From an uncultured Burkholderiales bacterium (GTDB lineage Bacteria; Vulcanimicrobiota; Xenobia; Xenobiales; QWHO01), in NCBI GenBank assembly GCA_964471395.1, contig CAYYHB010000002.1:15313-79312 (forward strand): a DNA stretch of 64,000 bases, in the 5' to 3' direction. Under the pieces are notes generated by a model. It did not search any database and was not told the DNA's origin. It saw only the letters and a list, made by a program, of their open reading frames with translations. The position numbers were made by a program, and so were the translations under genes. This document shows positions 28,448 through 38,497 of the stretch, piece by piece; the stretch's first letter is position 1, and every line of letters begins with the position of its first letter.

Positions 28448-30349
28448 CTAGCCGTCCTCCGGAAGCTGGCGCGCGATGCCGTCGAGCAAATCCTCCACCC
28501 GCTCCACCAGCGTGACCTCGGGCAAAAGCCACAGAGCGGGCGGCAGGCGCAGCAGCTCGGAGGCGCTGGTGCGGGGCAAGAGCAGGCGGCGGTAGGGGAA
28601 CCCTTCGCTGGCGAGCTGGGCCAGCGACCCGCCCGGATCCACGGGGCCCGAGAGCCGACCTTCCAGATCGATTCGGCCCAGGACCACCTGGCCGGGAGCC
28701 GGGTCCTGGTTTTGCAGGGCCAGGGCCAGGGCGGCCATCACCGCTCCTCCAGCGTCCTCGCGCAGGCTTGGCCTCTCCTCCTTCTCCTCGCCTCTGACTG
28801 GCTCGTCCAGTCGGGGGTAGAGCGCTGAGACGTGTACGTGCAGCACCCGGTAGGTGGGATCGTCCAGCCCTAGCTCGTCGAAGCGAATCTGCAACAGCGA
28901 CAGGGCCAGGCGCGCCAGCTCGCCGGCCAGCTTGCCCCCTTCTCCGGTCACGATCAGCTCGCCCCGACCGGGTAGCGAGCGGGCTTGCACCAGGAAGCCG
29001 ACCACCCGCTCGGATCCCACCGGATAGACCAGTCCCGGAGAGACCTCCGGCTCGGATCGCAGGCGCTCGCGCTGCACCCGGGCCAGCGTGCTCAGGCGGG
29101 TTTGACCGGTATGGCGAGCGGCTTCAGCCAGCAGGCTCCAACCCTCTTCCAGGCCGGGGCGCAGTGCCAGCAGTTTCTCAAGGCTCTCCAGGGCCGCAGG
29201 CCAGCGTTCCAGCTCTGCCAGGCAGCGAGCCTCGCCCCACAGGGCGGGCCAGCCCGGCTCTGTCTCCAGCAGGCGGGTGAAGAGCTTGAGCGCGGCAGCT
29301 GGTTTGCCTCGGGCGAACTCTTCCTCGGCCCGGGCCAGAGCCGTCTGGTGCTTGCCGTTACTGGCCTCGACCGCTCGCTCGGGCTCGTCCTCCTCCTCCG
29401 CGCTACTTTCGAGCTGGCTCAGGAAGGCTGCCTCGGCTTCCCTGATTCGGCCCAGGCCTAGAAGGCTTTCCGCTTGATAGGAGTGCACCCAACCAGGGGC
29501 TTGCTCGCCCAGCTCGGGCATGATCCTCAGGGCTTCCTGATAGCGGCGATAGTCGAGCAGCAGCGAGGCAACCTCTTCCAGACGCTCGGCGTCGTCGTCG
29601 CGCGTCTTGAGCGACTCGGACAGCTGACTCAGAGCCTCCTCAGGATCGCCCTGCAAGCGGGCGATGCGAGCCAGCATGAGCCGAGCGGCCGAGGCGTCCC
29701 ACTGCAGGGAAAACCGGTCTTCGTGCCAGGTGCCGTCTACATCCAGCTCCAACACGCGCTCGAACTCGGCTCGGGCAGCCTCAAGGTGCTCGGTGCGGTA
29801 GAACAGAACCCCCAGCAGGTAGCGCATCGAGACGCTGCGGGCGTCCTCCTCGAGCGCGCCGTAGGTGCGCTCGAGGGGCGTGGTCTCTTCGGGGCTGCCC
29901 AACTGGTCGAGCACGAACCCATAGAGGGCCAGCGACTCGCTCAAGCGCGGGTCCGAGCCACTCTGCTGCTCGCGTCGCCGCAAGTAGTGGGGCCGCAGCA
30001 GAACGATGTCGGTCCAACGTTGCAGGCGCACAAGCAGGGTGCCCACCCGATCAAGCGGCTCAACCCCGGCGGGCTCGGCGTCAGCCCAGTTGAAATAGGC
30101 CTCCAGTGCTTCTTCCAGCTCACCGCGGGCCTCGCGCACCCCGCCCAACCACTCCCAGTAGAGCGACTTCAACTCCGAGCGCGGGTCGAGCTCGGCCGAG
30201 CGGGCGTAGGCGGCGGCGGCGTCCTCGACCCGATCGATACGCAGATATGCCTCGCCCAGGGTCACCGCCAGCTCGGCATTCTTGGGCTCGTCCTTGAGGC
30301 GCTTCTCGATCTCCTGGATGCGCTCGGCGGCGTCGGGTTGCAGGGCCAT
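28448..30349 (-). CDS. TPR-repeat protein with C-terminal Lon-protease-like (S16) domain lacking catalytic Ser/Lys (pseudoprotease)
   Basis: N-terminal TPRs; C-terminal ...LIVTGEGGKLAGELARLALSLL...YRVLHVHVSA...EDAGGAVMAALALAL...GRIDLEGRLSGPVDPGGS colinear with Lon proteolytic domain but DGPSAG Ser and GGxKEK Lys replaced. Confidence 0.65.
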   Translation of the reverse strand: MALQPDAAERIQEIEKRLKDEPKNAELAVTLGEAYLRIDRVEDAAAAYARSAELDPRSELKSLYWEWLGGVREARGELEEALEAYFNWADAEPAGVEPLDRVGTLLVRLQRWTDIVLLRPHYLRRREQQSGSDPRLSESLALYGFVLDQLGSPEETTPLERTYGALEEDARSVSMRYLLGVLFYRTEHLEAARAEFERVLELDVDGTWHEDRFSLQWDASAARLMLARIARLQGDPEEALSQLSESLKTRDDDAERLEEVASLLLDYRRYQEALRIMPELGEQAPGWVHSYQAESLLGLGRIREAEAAFLSQLESSAEEEDEPERAVEASNGKHQTALARAEEEFARGKPAAALKLFTRLLETEPGWPALWGEARCLAELERWPAALESLEKLLALRPGLEEGWSLLAEAARHTGQTRLSTLARVQRERLRSEPEVSPGLVYPVGSERVVGFLVQARSLPGRGELIVTGEGGKLAGELARLALSLLQIRFDELGLDDPTYRVLHVHVSALYPRLDEPVRGEEKEERPSLREDAGGAVMAALALALQNQDPAPGQVVLGRIDLEGRLSGPVDPGGSLAQLASEGFPYRRLLLPRTSASELLRLPPALWLLPEVTLVERVEDLLDGIARQLPEDG

Positions 30350-30421
30350 GTCAGACTCGCTTCGCGCGCCCCGGGAGCTTGCCCTGTAAGAGAAGGAGAC
30401 GGGATTGCTCCCGTCTCCTGC

Positions 30422-32614
30422 CTACTGCTGGTACCAGTCCACTTCGCCCGTACCCATCCATCCCTCGGGCGACGCACTTTCGGGCGGCGGCGGGGGAGGG
30501 GGGGCCTTGGGCTTGGGTGCCGGCGGCGGCGCTGGAGCCGGCTCGGGTGTCTCGGGACGAGCCGGCGGCGTCCAGGTGTCTTCTTCATTACTCATCGTGT
30601 CGGCCGCTTGCTCGGCCGACTCGGGCACGGGCAGAGGTCCGACCTTCTCGACGAGCTCTTCGATCCGCCCCTTGATGGTGGGGACTGCCAGGTTGAGTGG
30701 ATCAAGCACGACGAAACGCTGATACAGCTCAAGCGCCCGGCGAAGGTCGTTGCGCTTCTCGGCCACCATTCCCAGGCCGCGCACGGCCACCGAGTCCATG
30801 AAATCGTAGCGCAAAGCGTTGGTATATGCTTCCTCGGCAGCGGTGATGTTGCCCAGCAGTGAGCAGCAGTCACCAAGCAGGCTCCAGAGAGCCGATGAGG
30901 CCGGGGCGCAGCCGGTCTGATGCTCGGCCTGGGTGCGCACCTCTTCAGCCAGCCCCAGGGCTTCCTCTTTCTTGCCCAGGCGCACCATCAGCTTGACCTT
31001 GCGGAACACCTGGTGAATCGAGTCGGGGTAGGCCTCGCAGATCTCCTCCATGGTTTTGAAGGCTTCCTCGACCTGACCCAGCTTCATCTGGGCGGTGGCC
31101 AAAGCCACCGCCAGGTTGGAGTGAACTTCCTCATTAGCATAGCTGCAGCGCAGGCCTTCGCGTCCGGACTCAGCGGCCGTCGCCCAGTCTTCCTGACGAA
31201 CCTTGAACTCGGCCAAGCCCAGGTGGCAGCGGGCGTCACGTGGTGCCTGCTTGACCGATTTGACATAGAGTTTCTCGGCTTCGGCGAGATCCCCCACCGC
31301 TTCGTAGATGGGGGCAATCATGCGCAAGTTGCCTTCGGGGTCGCGATCGTAGATGGCCAGGGCCTCCCGATAGCGTCCGAGCTTGAAAAACAGGTCGGCC
31401 AGGGCGCGCTCGATGGCTCGCCGCACGGACTTCTTCTCGTTGGGGTCGTTGATGATCTCTTCGTAGTAGTCCACCGCGTCCTGGGAACGGCCCATGCGGA
31501 CGTAGAGCCGACCCAGCTCCCACAGGGCCTGGGCGTTCTTGGAGTCGGAGAGGAGGGCTTCCTTGAGGTAGTGAATGGCCTCGTCGAACTCCCCGGCTTG
31601 AATCAGCTGGCCGGTCAGAATCTGCCAGGCTCGTGTGTCGCCGCGATAGGTTTTGACATACTCCTTCAACTCTGCGATCATGCTATCGTTGAGGGCACGC
31701 CATTCCTTGACCATGCCCTTGTTGGAGTAGACCCGCAACAGCTCCACTTTCCATTGGCGGGCATTCTTGTGATCGGTGTTGGTCTTCAGTGAGCGCTCAA
31801 AAAACAGTCGGGCGGCATCCATGTCCTTGACCCGGTAGCTCAGTCGAGCGGCCGAATCGAGCAGGGCAGGCGAGTCGGCTCGGGTCTCGAGGGCCTTGGC
31901 CAGCAGTCGGATGCCCATCTGGTGAAGTTGAATGCGCTTTTCGGTCTCCAACCCCTTGCCCAGCATCTCTTCATAAAAGGTGCCGCCCAGCGGCGCTTCG
32001 TCGGATTGACGCAATTCGAGCAACTTGGTGTAGGAGACTTCGGCGGTCTTCAGGGCCCCGGCCCGCACGGCCGTGGCCGCCAGACGGCGGATGGTCTCGG
32101 GATCGTCGGGTGTGAACTGAGCCACCCACCGACGCCACTCGAGAGCCTTAGTAAAGGATCCTTCCTCTTCCAGTGCCTCGGCCAGCTTGACGCCGAAGAA
32201 GGAGTCGCCGCACACACGAGCCGCCTGTTGCAGGGCGGCCCGCATCGCGGGGCGGTCGTTGGACTTTCGCAGGATGCGGTACTTGCGGATGTGGAGCTCT
32301 TTGTCGTCGGGGTTTTGCTCGAGCGCAGCGTCCACTTCGGCCAGAGCTTCCTCGAGGTTCTCCCTGGGAATATCGCCAAAAATGGGCTTATCACCCTCTT
32401 CGACGGCCATGGGATTCTTCGAGGGAACGTCCTTGCGGACCAGACCGGAGGGCGCAGCGCCGAGCTTCCCACCTTCGGTGGGTGCCTGGCCGGAGCTGCC
32501 CGTGCCTTTGGCAGGCAGCTGCGGTTTGTGCTGCTGATTTCCAGAGCCAAACTTGGGAGTCACCGTATCTCCCTTCCAGAGGCGGGGGCCTGCCCGCCCA
32601 GTTTCATGGTGCAC
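30422..32614 (-). CDS. TPR-repeat protein with Pro/Ala-rich C-terminal tail (start uncertain: GTG 32614 or ATG 32410)
   Basis: Multiple TPR-like helical repeats; C-terminal PETPEPAPAPPPAPKPKAPPPPPPP low complexity. Confidence 0.6.
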   Translation of the reverse strand: MHHETGRAGPRLWKGDTVTPKFGSGNQQHKPQLPAKGTGSSGQAPTEGGKLGAAPSGLVRKDVPSKNPMAVEEGDKPIFGDIPRENLEEALAEVDAALEQNPDDKELHIRKYRILRKSNDRPAMRAALQQAARVCGDSFFGVKLAEALEEEGSFTKALEWRRWVAQFTPDDPETIRRLAATAVRAGALKTAEVSYTKLLELRQSDEAPLGGTFYEEMLGKGLETEKRIQLHQMGIRLLAKALETRADSPALLDSAARLSYRVKDMDAARLFFERSLKTNTDHKNARQWKVELLRVYSNKGMVKEWRALNDSMIAELKEYVKTYRGDTRAWQILTGQLIQAGEFDEAIHYLKEALLSDSKNAQALWELGRLYVRMGRSQDAVDYYEEIINDPNEKKSVRRAIERALADLFFKLGRYREALAIYDRDPEGNLRMIAPIYEAVGDLAEAEKLYVKSVKQAPRDARCHLGLAEFKVRQEDWATAAESGREGLRCSYANEEVHSNLAVALATAQMKLGQVEEAFKTMEEICEAYPDSIHQVFRKVKLMVRLGKKEEALGLAEEVRTQAEHQTGCAPASSALWSLLGDCCSLLGNITAAEEAYTNALRYDFMDSVAVRGLGMVAEKRNDLRRALELYQRFVVLDPLNLAVPTIKGRIEELVEKVGPLPVPESAEQAADTMSNEEDTWTPPARPETPEPAPAPPPAPKPKAPPPPPPPESASPEGWMGTGEVDWYQQ

Positions 32615-32870
32615 AGAAGAGGAAGAATGCTGGCCATTCTCCCCCGACGGATAGGTTCGGGATCTGCTGGGAACCTCCCTGCCACTACGCTACTCCAAAC
32701 ATAAGGCTGATCGCAACCCGTTCGCCGGGTCCTTCCCCCGCCCCCCTGTTTGACCGAGGGCGCCTCTCCCCCTTCCTTGGCCCGACAAGAAGTAGGCAAG
32801 AACCTGTTACCGGGCTGGAAGGAGAGGGCGAGGGAGGACTCAACGCTCAAGATCAGAACATGGCGCCGCC

Positions 32871-34928
32871 ATGGCTGGCGAAAACCAGGAGCCGCGCCGT
32901 CTGGGCGGTCGATATGAAGTTCTGGCCCCGCTCGGCGAGGGCGGGATGTCTCAGGTCTTTCGTGGTCGCGATCTCAAGCTTGGACGCGAGGTCGCCATCA
33001 AGATTCCCCGCCCTGAGATCGCTCGCGACCAGGATGCGCGCCTGCGTTTTGTTCGCGAGGGGAAAAGCGCCGCCAAGCTCAATCATCCCAACATCGTCCA
33101 GGTTTATGACTCCTCTGATGAGCCCGATGAGCCGTTTCTGATCATGGAGCTGGTGCCGGGCGAGGATCTGCGCCAGCGTCTGCAGCGCGGCCCACTTCCG
33201 CACTCTCAGGCAGTGGCTATGATGGTTCAGGTCCTGTCGGCACTCGAATGTGCCCATGCCAACGGGGTGGTGCATCGCGATCTGTCGGCCCGCAACGTTT
33301 TGCTCGATGCCCAGGGCTCGGCCCGCGTCTCGGACTTCGGCGTGGCCCAGGCCCTGGGAGACCAAACCCTGACCAGGACAGGAGAAATGCTCGGCTCGGT
33401 CAGTTACATGTCTCCCGAGCAAGCTCAGGGAAAGGACTCAGGCCCACCCACGGACATCTATGCGGCCGGCGTACTGCTCTTCGAGATGCTGACTGGCCGG
33501 CTCCCCTTCACTGGCGATACTCCGGTGCAGGTGGCCCTCAAGCATATTCAGGAGAGCCCGCCCAGCGCCTCGCAGATCAACCCGGCTGTGCCCCCCGGGC
33601 TCGACCAGGTGATCTTGCAGGCCCTGGCCAAGCGCCCCGAAGATCGCTTCGGCTCGGCCAGCGAGATGGCTCGCGCTCTCCAAGAAGGCTCGGCTCCCGT
33701 TCCCGGGCCGATCCTCGAGCACACGCGGGTGCGACAGCCTGCCGTCCGCCCCCCGGTGGAGCCCAGGGCGTCTGCCCCTTCGCGCGCTCCCTACATTTTC
33801 GGTGTTCTGGCCTTGCTGGCGGTGGTATCGGTGCTGGTCGGAATGCTGCTCATGCCCCCTCCCAGCGTGGTGGTGCCCGATCTGGTCGGACTCGAGCTCA
33901 AGGCCGCGCGCCAGAAGGCTGAGGCCCTGGGCTTGCGATTGGAGGTGTCCGAGCGTCGCCCTGATACCGCGGCGGAGAAGGATACCGTGCTCGAGCAGGA
34001 TCCGACCCCCGGCGAGTTGCGCAAGCAAGGCGACTTCGTGCGAGTGGTGGTGAGTCAGGCTCCCGAGAAGGTGGCCGTGCCCGACCTTTTGGGCAAGACC
34101 GAGCCCCAGGCGGTGGAAACCCTGGAGTCACTCGGTTTTCGCGTTTTGCTCGAGCGTGAGGAGAGCGCGACCGTGCCGGGGGGGCGGGTGATTCGCCACG
34201 ACCCGTTAGCCGGGGAAGAGCTCCCTCGGGGCGGTCAGGTCAAGGTTTTCATTTCGACCGGAGCAGCCAAAACGGCCATCCCCAACCTGGTGGGCATGAG
34301 TCGCCAGGAGGCTGAGGCTCTCCTCAAGAGCCTGGAGATGACGTTGGTCGTGGGCGGGACCCGTCAGGATGCCAGCGCCCCCGAAGAGACGATCTTGGAG
34401 CAGCTCCCGTCGCCCGGAACGCTGGCCGTGAAGGGTCGTAAGGTTTCGGTGATCCTCTCGGCCGGGTCGCTTGGAATGACTGCGCCCGATCTGGAGGGAA
34501 AGTCGCTCAAGGAGGCCGAGGAGATCGCGCGAAGGTCGGGTCTCAAGCTGGTCGTGGAGGGTCCGAGCAGTCCCCAGGACTCGGTGGTCTTCCAGGATCC
34601 GCTGCCCGGCGACCCGATCAAAGGGAGCACGGTGACGGTGAAGACCAACCCCAGCGTGGTGGTGCCCAATCTCAGCGGTCTGGGCGAGGACGATGCTCGC
34701 AATCAGCTAGAGGAATTGGGCCTGAAGGTGGGGGACACCCGCCGCATCAATTCGGCTGCCCCCGAGGGCGAAGTGGTTGGACAGGAGCCCGACTCGGGCA
34801 TGGAAGTGTCGCCGGGCACGCCCGTTCACCTCTACGTGTCCGACCCGAGCGCTCCGCTGCCTACTCCCGACCCTGTTCTGACACCAGTCGAGCCGTCCTC
34901 GCCCGCGCCGCCATGGGTTCCTCGGTGA
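32871..34928 (+). CDS. Ser/Thr protein kinase with TM and five extracellular PASTA domains (PknB/PrkC-like)
   Basis: Hanks motifs (GEGGMSQVF, VAIK, HRDLSARNVLL, DFGVA, SPEQ); TM; repeated VPDLVG...A...L...GL PASTA units. Confidence 0.85.
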   Translation: MAGENQEPRRLGGRYEVLAPLGEGGMSQVFRGRDLKLGREVAIKIPRPEIARDQDARLRFVREGKSAAKLNHPNIVQVYDSSDEPDEPFLIMELVPGEDLRQRLQRGPLPHSQAVAMMVQVLSALECAHANGVVHRDLSARNVLLDAQGSARVSDFGVAQALGDQTLTRTGEMLGSVSYMSPEQAQGKDSGPPTDIYAAGVLLFEMLTGRLPFTGDTPVQVALKHIQESPPSASQINPAVPPGLDQVILQALAKRPEDRFGSASEMARALQEGSAPVPGPILEHTRVRQPAVRPPVEPRASAPSRAPYIFGVLALLAVVSVLVGMLLMPPPSVVVPDLVGLELKAARQKAEALGLRLEVSERRPDTAAEKDTVLEQDPTPGELRKQGDFVRVVVSQAPEKVAVPDLLGKTEPQAVETLESLGFRVLLEREESATVPGGRVIRHDPLAGEELPRGGQVKVFISTGAAKTAIPNLVGMSRQEAEALLKSLEMTLVVGGTRQDASAPEETILEQLPSPGTLAVKGRKVSVILSAGSLGMTAPDLEGKSLKEAEEIARRSGLKLVVEGPSSPQDSVVFQDPLPGDPIKGSTVTVKTNPSVVVPNLSGLGEDDARNQLEELGLKVGDTRRINSAAPEGEVVGQEPDSGMEVSPGTPVHLYVSDPSAPLPTPDPVLTPVEPSSPAPPWVPR

Positions 34929-35003
34929 GGAAAATTCAAAGAGTCTGCCAGGAGACCGTATCAGCAGGAAGAATGTCCTTTTGTAGTTGCTTGAACCGGA
35001 GGA

Positions 35004-36056
35004 TTGATCTTGGCTAGCGAGCCGAAACAGCCCTCGGGGGGTGCCGAGCAGGGGCCGTTGCTCGATCCGCGCATCCCTTTCGAGAAGGAGACCCCGGCCG
35101 AATTTGCTGTGGGTACGTTGAAGACCATCGCACTGGTGCTGGCTGTGGGCATCACCCTGGTCTTCTCGCTCATCTACGGCTGGACCATCTACGAGAGCTA
35201 TTTCAAGCTTCCCGAAGAGGTCGAGGTGCCCGTCATCACCGGGAAGACCGTGGAGGAGGCCAACGAGATGCTGGCCAAGCTTGGATTGCGCCTGCAGGTT
35301 CACGAGTCGCGTTATACAGGCAAACCCGAAAAGGAGATCATCTCTCAGAACCCGGCCCCCAAGCGCAAAGTGCGTGAAGGAAATGAGATCCTGGTCGTTG
35401 TGAGCCTGGGTCCGGAGCTGATGGAAGTTCCTGACCTGATGGGCAAGTCTCTGCGCGAGGTGGAGATCGAGCTGGCCAACAATGCTTTGAAGCTGGGTAA
35501 GGTCACCTGGAGCAAGCCAGACCCCGAGAAGCCCGAGGAGGTTCTCAAGCAAGAGCCGGCCCCCGGCAAGAAGGTGAAGAAGGGCACCAGTGTGGACGTT
35601 AAGATGCAGAAGGGCGGAGGCCCGGAGGCCATGACACCGGTACCAAACCTTAAGGGCAAGCCCATCTATACCGTGACCGAGGCCCTGGCCAGGGCCGACC
35701 TGCAGATGGGCGGCATTACCTGGAAATTCCACCAGGTCGCAGCCCGGGGCGAGGTGATCGAGCAGGGACCGCCTGCCGGCAGCAAGGTATCGGCTCGCAC
35801 CCTGGTTGAGTTTGAAGTCAGCGCAGGCCCCCCCGAAGGTCGTGCCTATCGCTCCCGACAACTGGCCATCGACGTGCCTACCGGGGCCGACGCTCAGCGG
35901 GTGAGCGTGCTCTTGAACAACGGGGTGGGCACCGACACGGTCTTTGATGGACGGCAGGCCTCGGGGGATACCATGAAGCTCCTGGTTTCCGGTCTGCCTG
36001 GCTCGGAGGTCGAGGTCTACATCAATGACAAGCTGACCAAGCGCGAGAAGCTTTGA
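35004..36056 (+). CDS. PASTA-domain membrane protein (three PASTA repeats); start TTG 35004 or 35010
   Basis: GGAGGA SD; TM then VPVITGKTVEEANEMLAKLGL, VPDLMGKSLREVEIELA, VPNLKGKPIYTVTEALA PASTA-like units. Confidence 0.65.
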   Translation: MILASEPKQPSGGAEQGPLLDPRIPFEKETPAEFAVGTLKTIALVLAVGITLVFSLIYGWTIYESYFKLPEEVEVPVITGKTVEEANEMLAKLGLRLQVHESRYTGKPEKEIISQNPAPKRKVREGNEILVVVSLGPELMEVPDLMGKSLREVEIELANNALKLGKVTWSKPDPEKPEEVLKQEPAPGKKVKKGTSVDVKMQKGGGPEAMTPVPNLKGKPIYTVTEALARADLQMGGITWKFHQVAARGEVIEQGPPAGSKVSARTLVEFEVSAGPPEGRAYRSRQLAIDVPTGADAQRVSVLLNNGVGTDTVFDGRQASGDTMKLLVSGLPGSEVEVYINDKLTKREKL

Positions 36057-36697
36057 GGCCATTGCAGGTATCCGCCTCCATCCTGTCGGCTGACTTTGCT
36101 CGCATGGGTGAAGAGGTTCGAGCCGTGGATGTGGCCGGGGCCGATGTGATTCATCTCGACGTGATGGACGGCGAGTTCGTGCCGAACCTGACCTTTGGGG
36201 CCGTTCTGATCAAGGCCCTGCGTCCCGTGACCGATAAGCCTTTCGACGTACACGCCATGGTGGCCGACCCCGGCCGCTTCGTGGAGCCTTTTGCCGACGC
36301 CGGCGCCCAACTCCTCACCGTGCACGTCGAGGCCTGCATCCACCTGCAGCGTGTGTTGGCCCAGATTCGTTTCGCCGGCATGCGGGCGGGTGTGGCGGTC
36401 AATCCAGCCACTCCGGTCGATTTCCTGGAGTATGTGCTCGACGATCTCGATCACGTGCTGCTCATGACCGTCAACCCGGGCTTCTCGGGCCAGTGCTTCC
36501 TGCCTTCGGTCATGGCCAAGGTGTGTCGTGTTCGTGAACTGGTGGCGGGTCGTCCCATCGACATCGGTGTGGACGGAGGGGTAGCGCCGCCGACCGCTCC
36601 GGCCTGCCGCGAAGCCGGAGCCAACGTCCTGATTGCTGCCAGCGCCATTTTCGGACAGCCCGACTACGCCCGCGCAATCGCCGACCTGAGGGGCTGA
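36053..36697 (+). CDS. rpe: ribulose-phosphate 3-epimerase
   Basis: SILSADF, HLDVMDGEFVPNLTFG, MTVNPGFSGQ, DGG motifs. Confidence 0.85.
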   Translation: MRPLQVSASILSADFARMGEEVRAVDVAGADVIHLDVMDGEFVPNLTFGAVLIKALRPVTDKPFDVHAMVADPGRFVEPFADAGAQLLTVHVEACIHLQRVLAQIRFAGMRAGVAVNPATPVDFLEYVLDDLDHVLLMTVNPGFSGQCFLPSVMAKVCRVRELVAGRPIDIGVDGGVAPPTAPACREAGANVLIAASAIFGQPDYARAIADLRG

Positions 36698-36734
36698 GAG
36701 GGGCTCGCCCCGCGCTCACGGAAACTATCCCTTC

Positions 36735-37937
36735 GTGGCCAGACGCTGGATGCTTCTGTTGTGGCTCTTGACCGGGTGCACCATCACCCCGGTGCACCGC
36801 TACGATCTGTCCGTCCAGCTGACCAACGACTCCAACCGCACCTTGACCGTCGAGGGTCGCTCCAATCTACCCGAGGGAGCACCGATTGAAGCCATTTTGT
36901 CTTCCCCCGAGGACGGTCTGTCAGTGGCTCGAGCTCGGGGTCAGGTCAAGCGCGGACGCTACTACCTGGTTTTGGACGTGGCCCGAGCCCCGGGCGGCCA
37001 GCCACTCGATCTGGAGGTGATGTTCGATCCTCTGCTCGCGCCCCTGACACTGCGAGACAAGGTGGGCCCGGCCGGAGTCGGCATGGGGGGCTCGTTGGTA
37101 GAGGACCGCGACGGTCGCAACGTGCTGGTCAAGAGACTGGCGGTGCTTCTTCCCATGGAGAGCCGCGAGGCGGCCCTGCGCAACATCGACCCGACCAATC
37201 CTGAGGCCGGCATCCAGCGCATGGAGTCTTACGTTCTGCGCAACCCCGAGGATACCCAGGCGGCCGTCCATCTGGCCCTGGTCTTGCTGCACTTTCGCGA
37301 GCCCGAGCGACACCCGGGCTCGCGGGCCCACGCCCTCCTGTCGCGAGCCATCGATCTGGCCCCCAGTCTGGAGTATCCTCCCGAAGCGCGACGCTGGCTG
37401 ACCTCGCTGGATACCGAGCAACGTGAGCTCGAAGCCCAACGGGCGCTGCGTGAGCGGCTCGAGAACACCAACCCTCGGCGGATGGTCCAGATGAACGGGG
37501 TGGTGATCCCCGGGGTTCAGTTAGGGGGAGTTGCCATGGGCAGTCCGGCCGGCCGCCTCTTCGCCCAGTTCTGGCCAGAGCCGTTCCCCAGCTACCAGGG
37601 CAGCGAGGTGGAGGTGGTCCGGATCAAGGACCTCTATGACGTGCACATTGGCGTTGATCCGCTTACGCGTCAGATCGTCAGCGCCACCACCCACTCGGAG
37701 TTTTACCGCTTACAGGAAGGGGCCCTGGGAGTGGGCAGCCTGCTGCAGGAAGTTCAGGAGGTGTATCCCCGGGCTCGGGGACAGTATGGCCCACCCACCG
37801 TCCGCGAGGATGGGACCGAGGTCTCGGTGGGGACAGCCGATGTTGGCGGGCTGCGATTCGAGCTGACGCGCCACGTCGACCCGCAATTTCGCTTGCCGGT
37901 CGCGACCGTGACGGGCCTTGAAGTCTACCTTCCCTGA
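36735..37937 (+). CDS. hypothetical lipoprotein (400 aa)
   Basis: MARRWMLLLWLLTGC lipobox. Confidence 0.55.
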   Translation: MARRWMLLLWLLTGCTITPVHRYDLSVQLTNDSNRTLTVEGRSNLPEGAPIEAILSSPEDGLSVARARGQVKRGRYYLVLDVARAPGGQPLDLEVMFDPLLAPLTLRDKVGPAGVGMGGSLVEDRDGRNVLVKRLAVLLPMESREAALRNIDPTNPEAGIQRMESYVLRNPEDTQAAVHLALVLLHFREPERHPGSRAHALLSRAIDLAPSLEYPPEARRWLTSLDTEQRELEAQRALRERLENTNPRRMVQMNGVVIPGVQLGGVAMGSPAGRLFAQFWPEPFPSYQGSEVEVVRIKDLYDVHIGVDPLTRQIVSATTHSEFYRLQEGALGVGSLLQEVQEVYPRARGQYGPPTVREDGTEVSVGTADVGGLRFELTRHVDPQFRLPVATVTGLEVYLP

Positions 37938-38497
37938 GTGATCACGAACTCGCCGTCTCGGTCGCTGCGCAGCCAGACCTTCTGATTTCGCTCGTCGGTT
38001 ACCGAGTCGTAAAGCTCGACCTCCATGCGGCCGGGCTCGATCCGCAGCACCCGCTCGACCCAGTAGGGGGCGCCCTGGTTCTCGGAGAGCTTGAAGGTAC
38101 CCGGCCGTTGGTTTAGAGGGCAAAGATAGCCCTGGCTCACGAGCTTGAGCTCTGAGCCGGTCCAACGGAACCAGCGAAAGCGAGTGGGGCTGACATCCCC
38201 CTTCTGGTAGGTCCCCACCAGGTCGATGGATTTGTCGCCGTCCAGGTCGCCTGCGGCTTGCAGGTCGCCTCCGTCCAGGGGGCCACCAAACATGAACAAC
38301 TCGGTGCGTGGAGCTTCCCACAGGGTTCGACCCTGACTATCGAGCACCACCAGCCTGGCCTGCTCGCCGAGCCGCTTGAGGACGATGGAATCGGGCTTTC
38401 CGTCGTTGTTGAGGTCGGCCCTGAGCGTCTGCACGATCTCGCCATCAGCGGCCCAGGCCGCCCCGATCAAGAGAGCACCGAACAAGAGATGTCGCAT
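37925..38497 (-). CDS. secreted hypothetical protein with FG-GAP/VCBS-like Asp-rich repeats
   Basis: Signal peptide MRHLLFGALLIGAAWA; DLNNDGKPD and GDLDGDKSIDL calcium-binding-like loops. Confidence 0.55.
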   Translation of the reverse strand: MRHLLFGALLIGAAWAADGEIVQTLRADLNNDGKPDSIVLKRLGEQARLVVLDSQGRTLWEAPRTELFMFGGPLDGGDLQAAGDLDGDKSIDLVGTYQKGDVSPTRFRWFRWTGSELKLVSQGYLCPLNQRPGTFKLSENQGAPYWVERVLRIEPGRMEVELYDSVTDERNQKVWLRSDRDGEFVITQGR

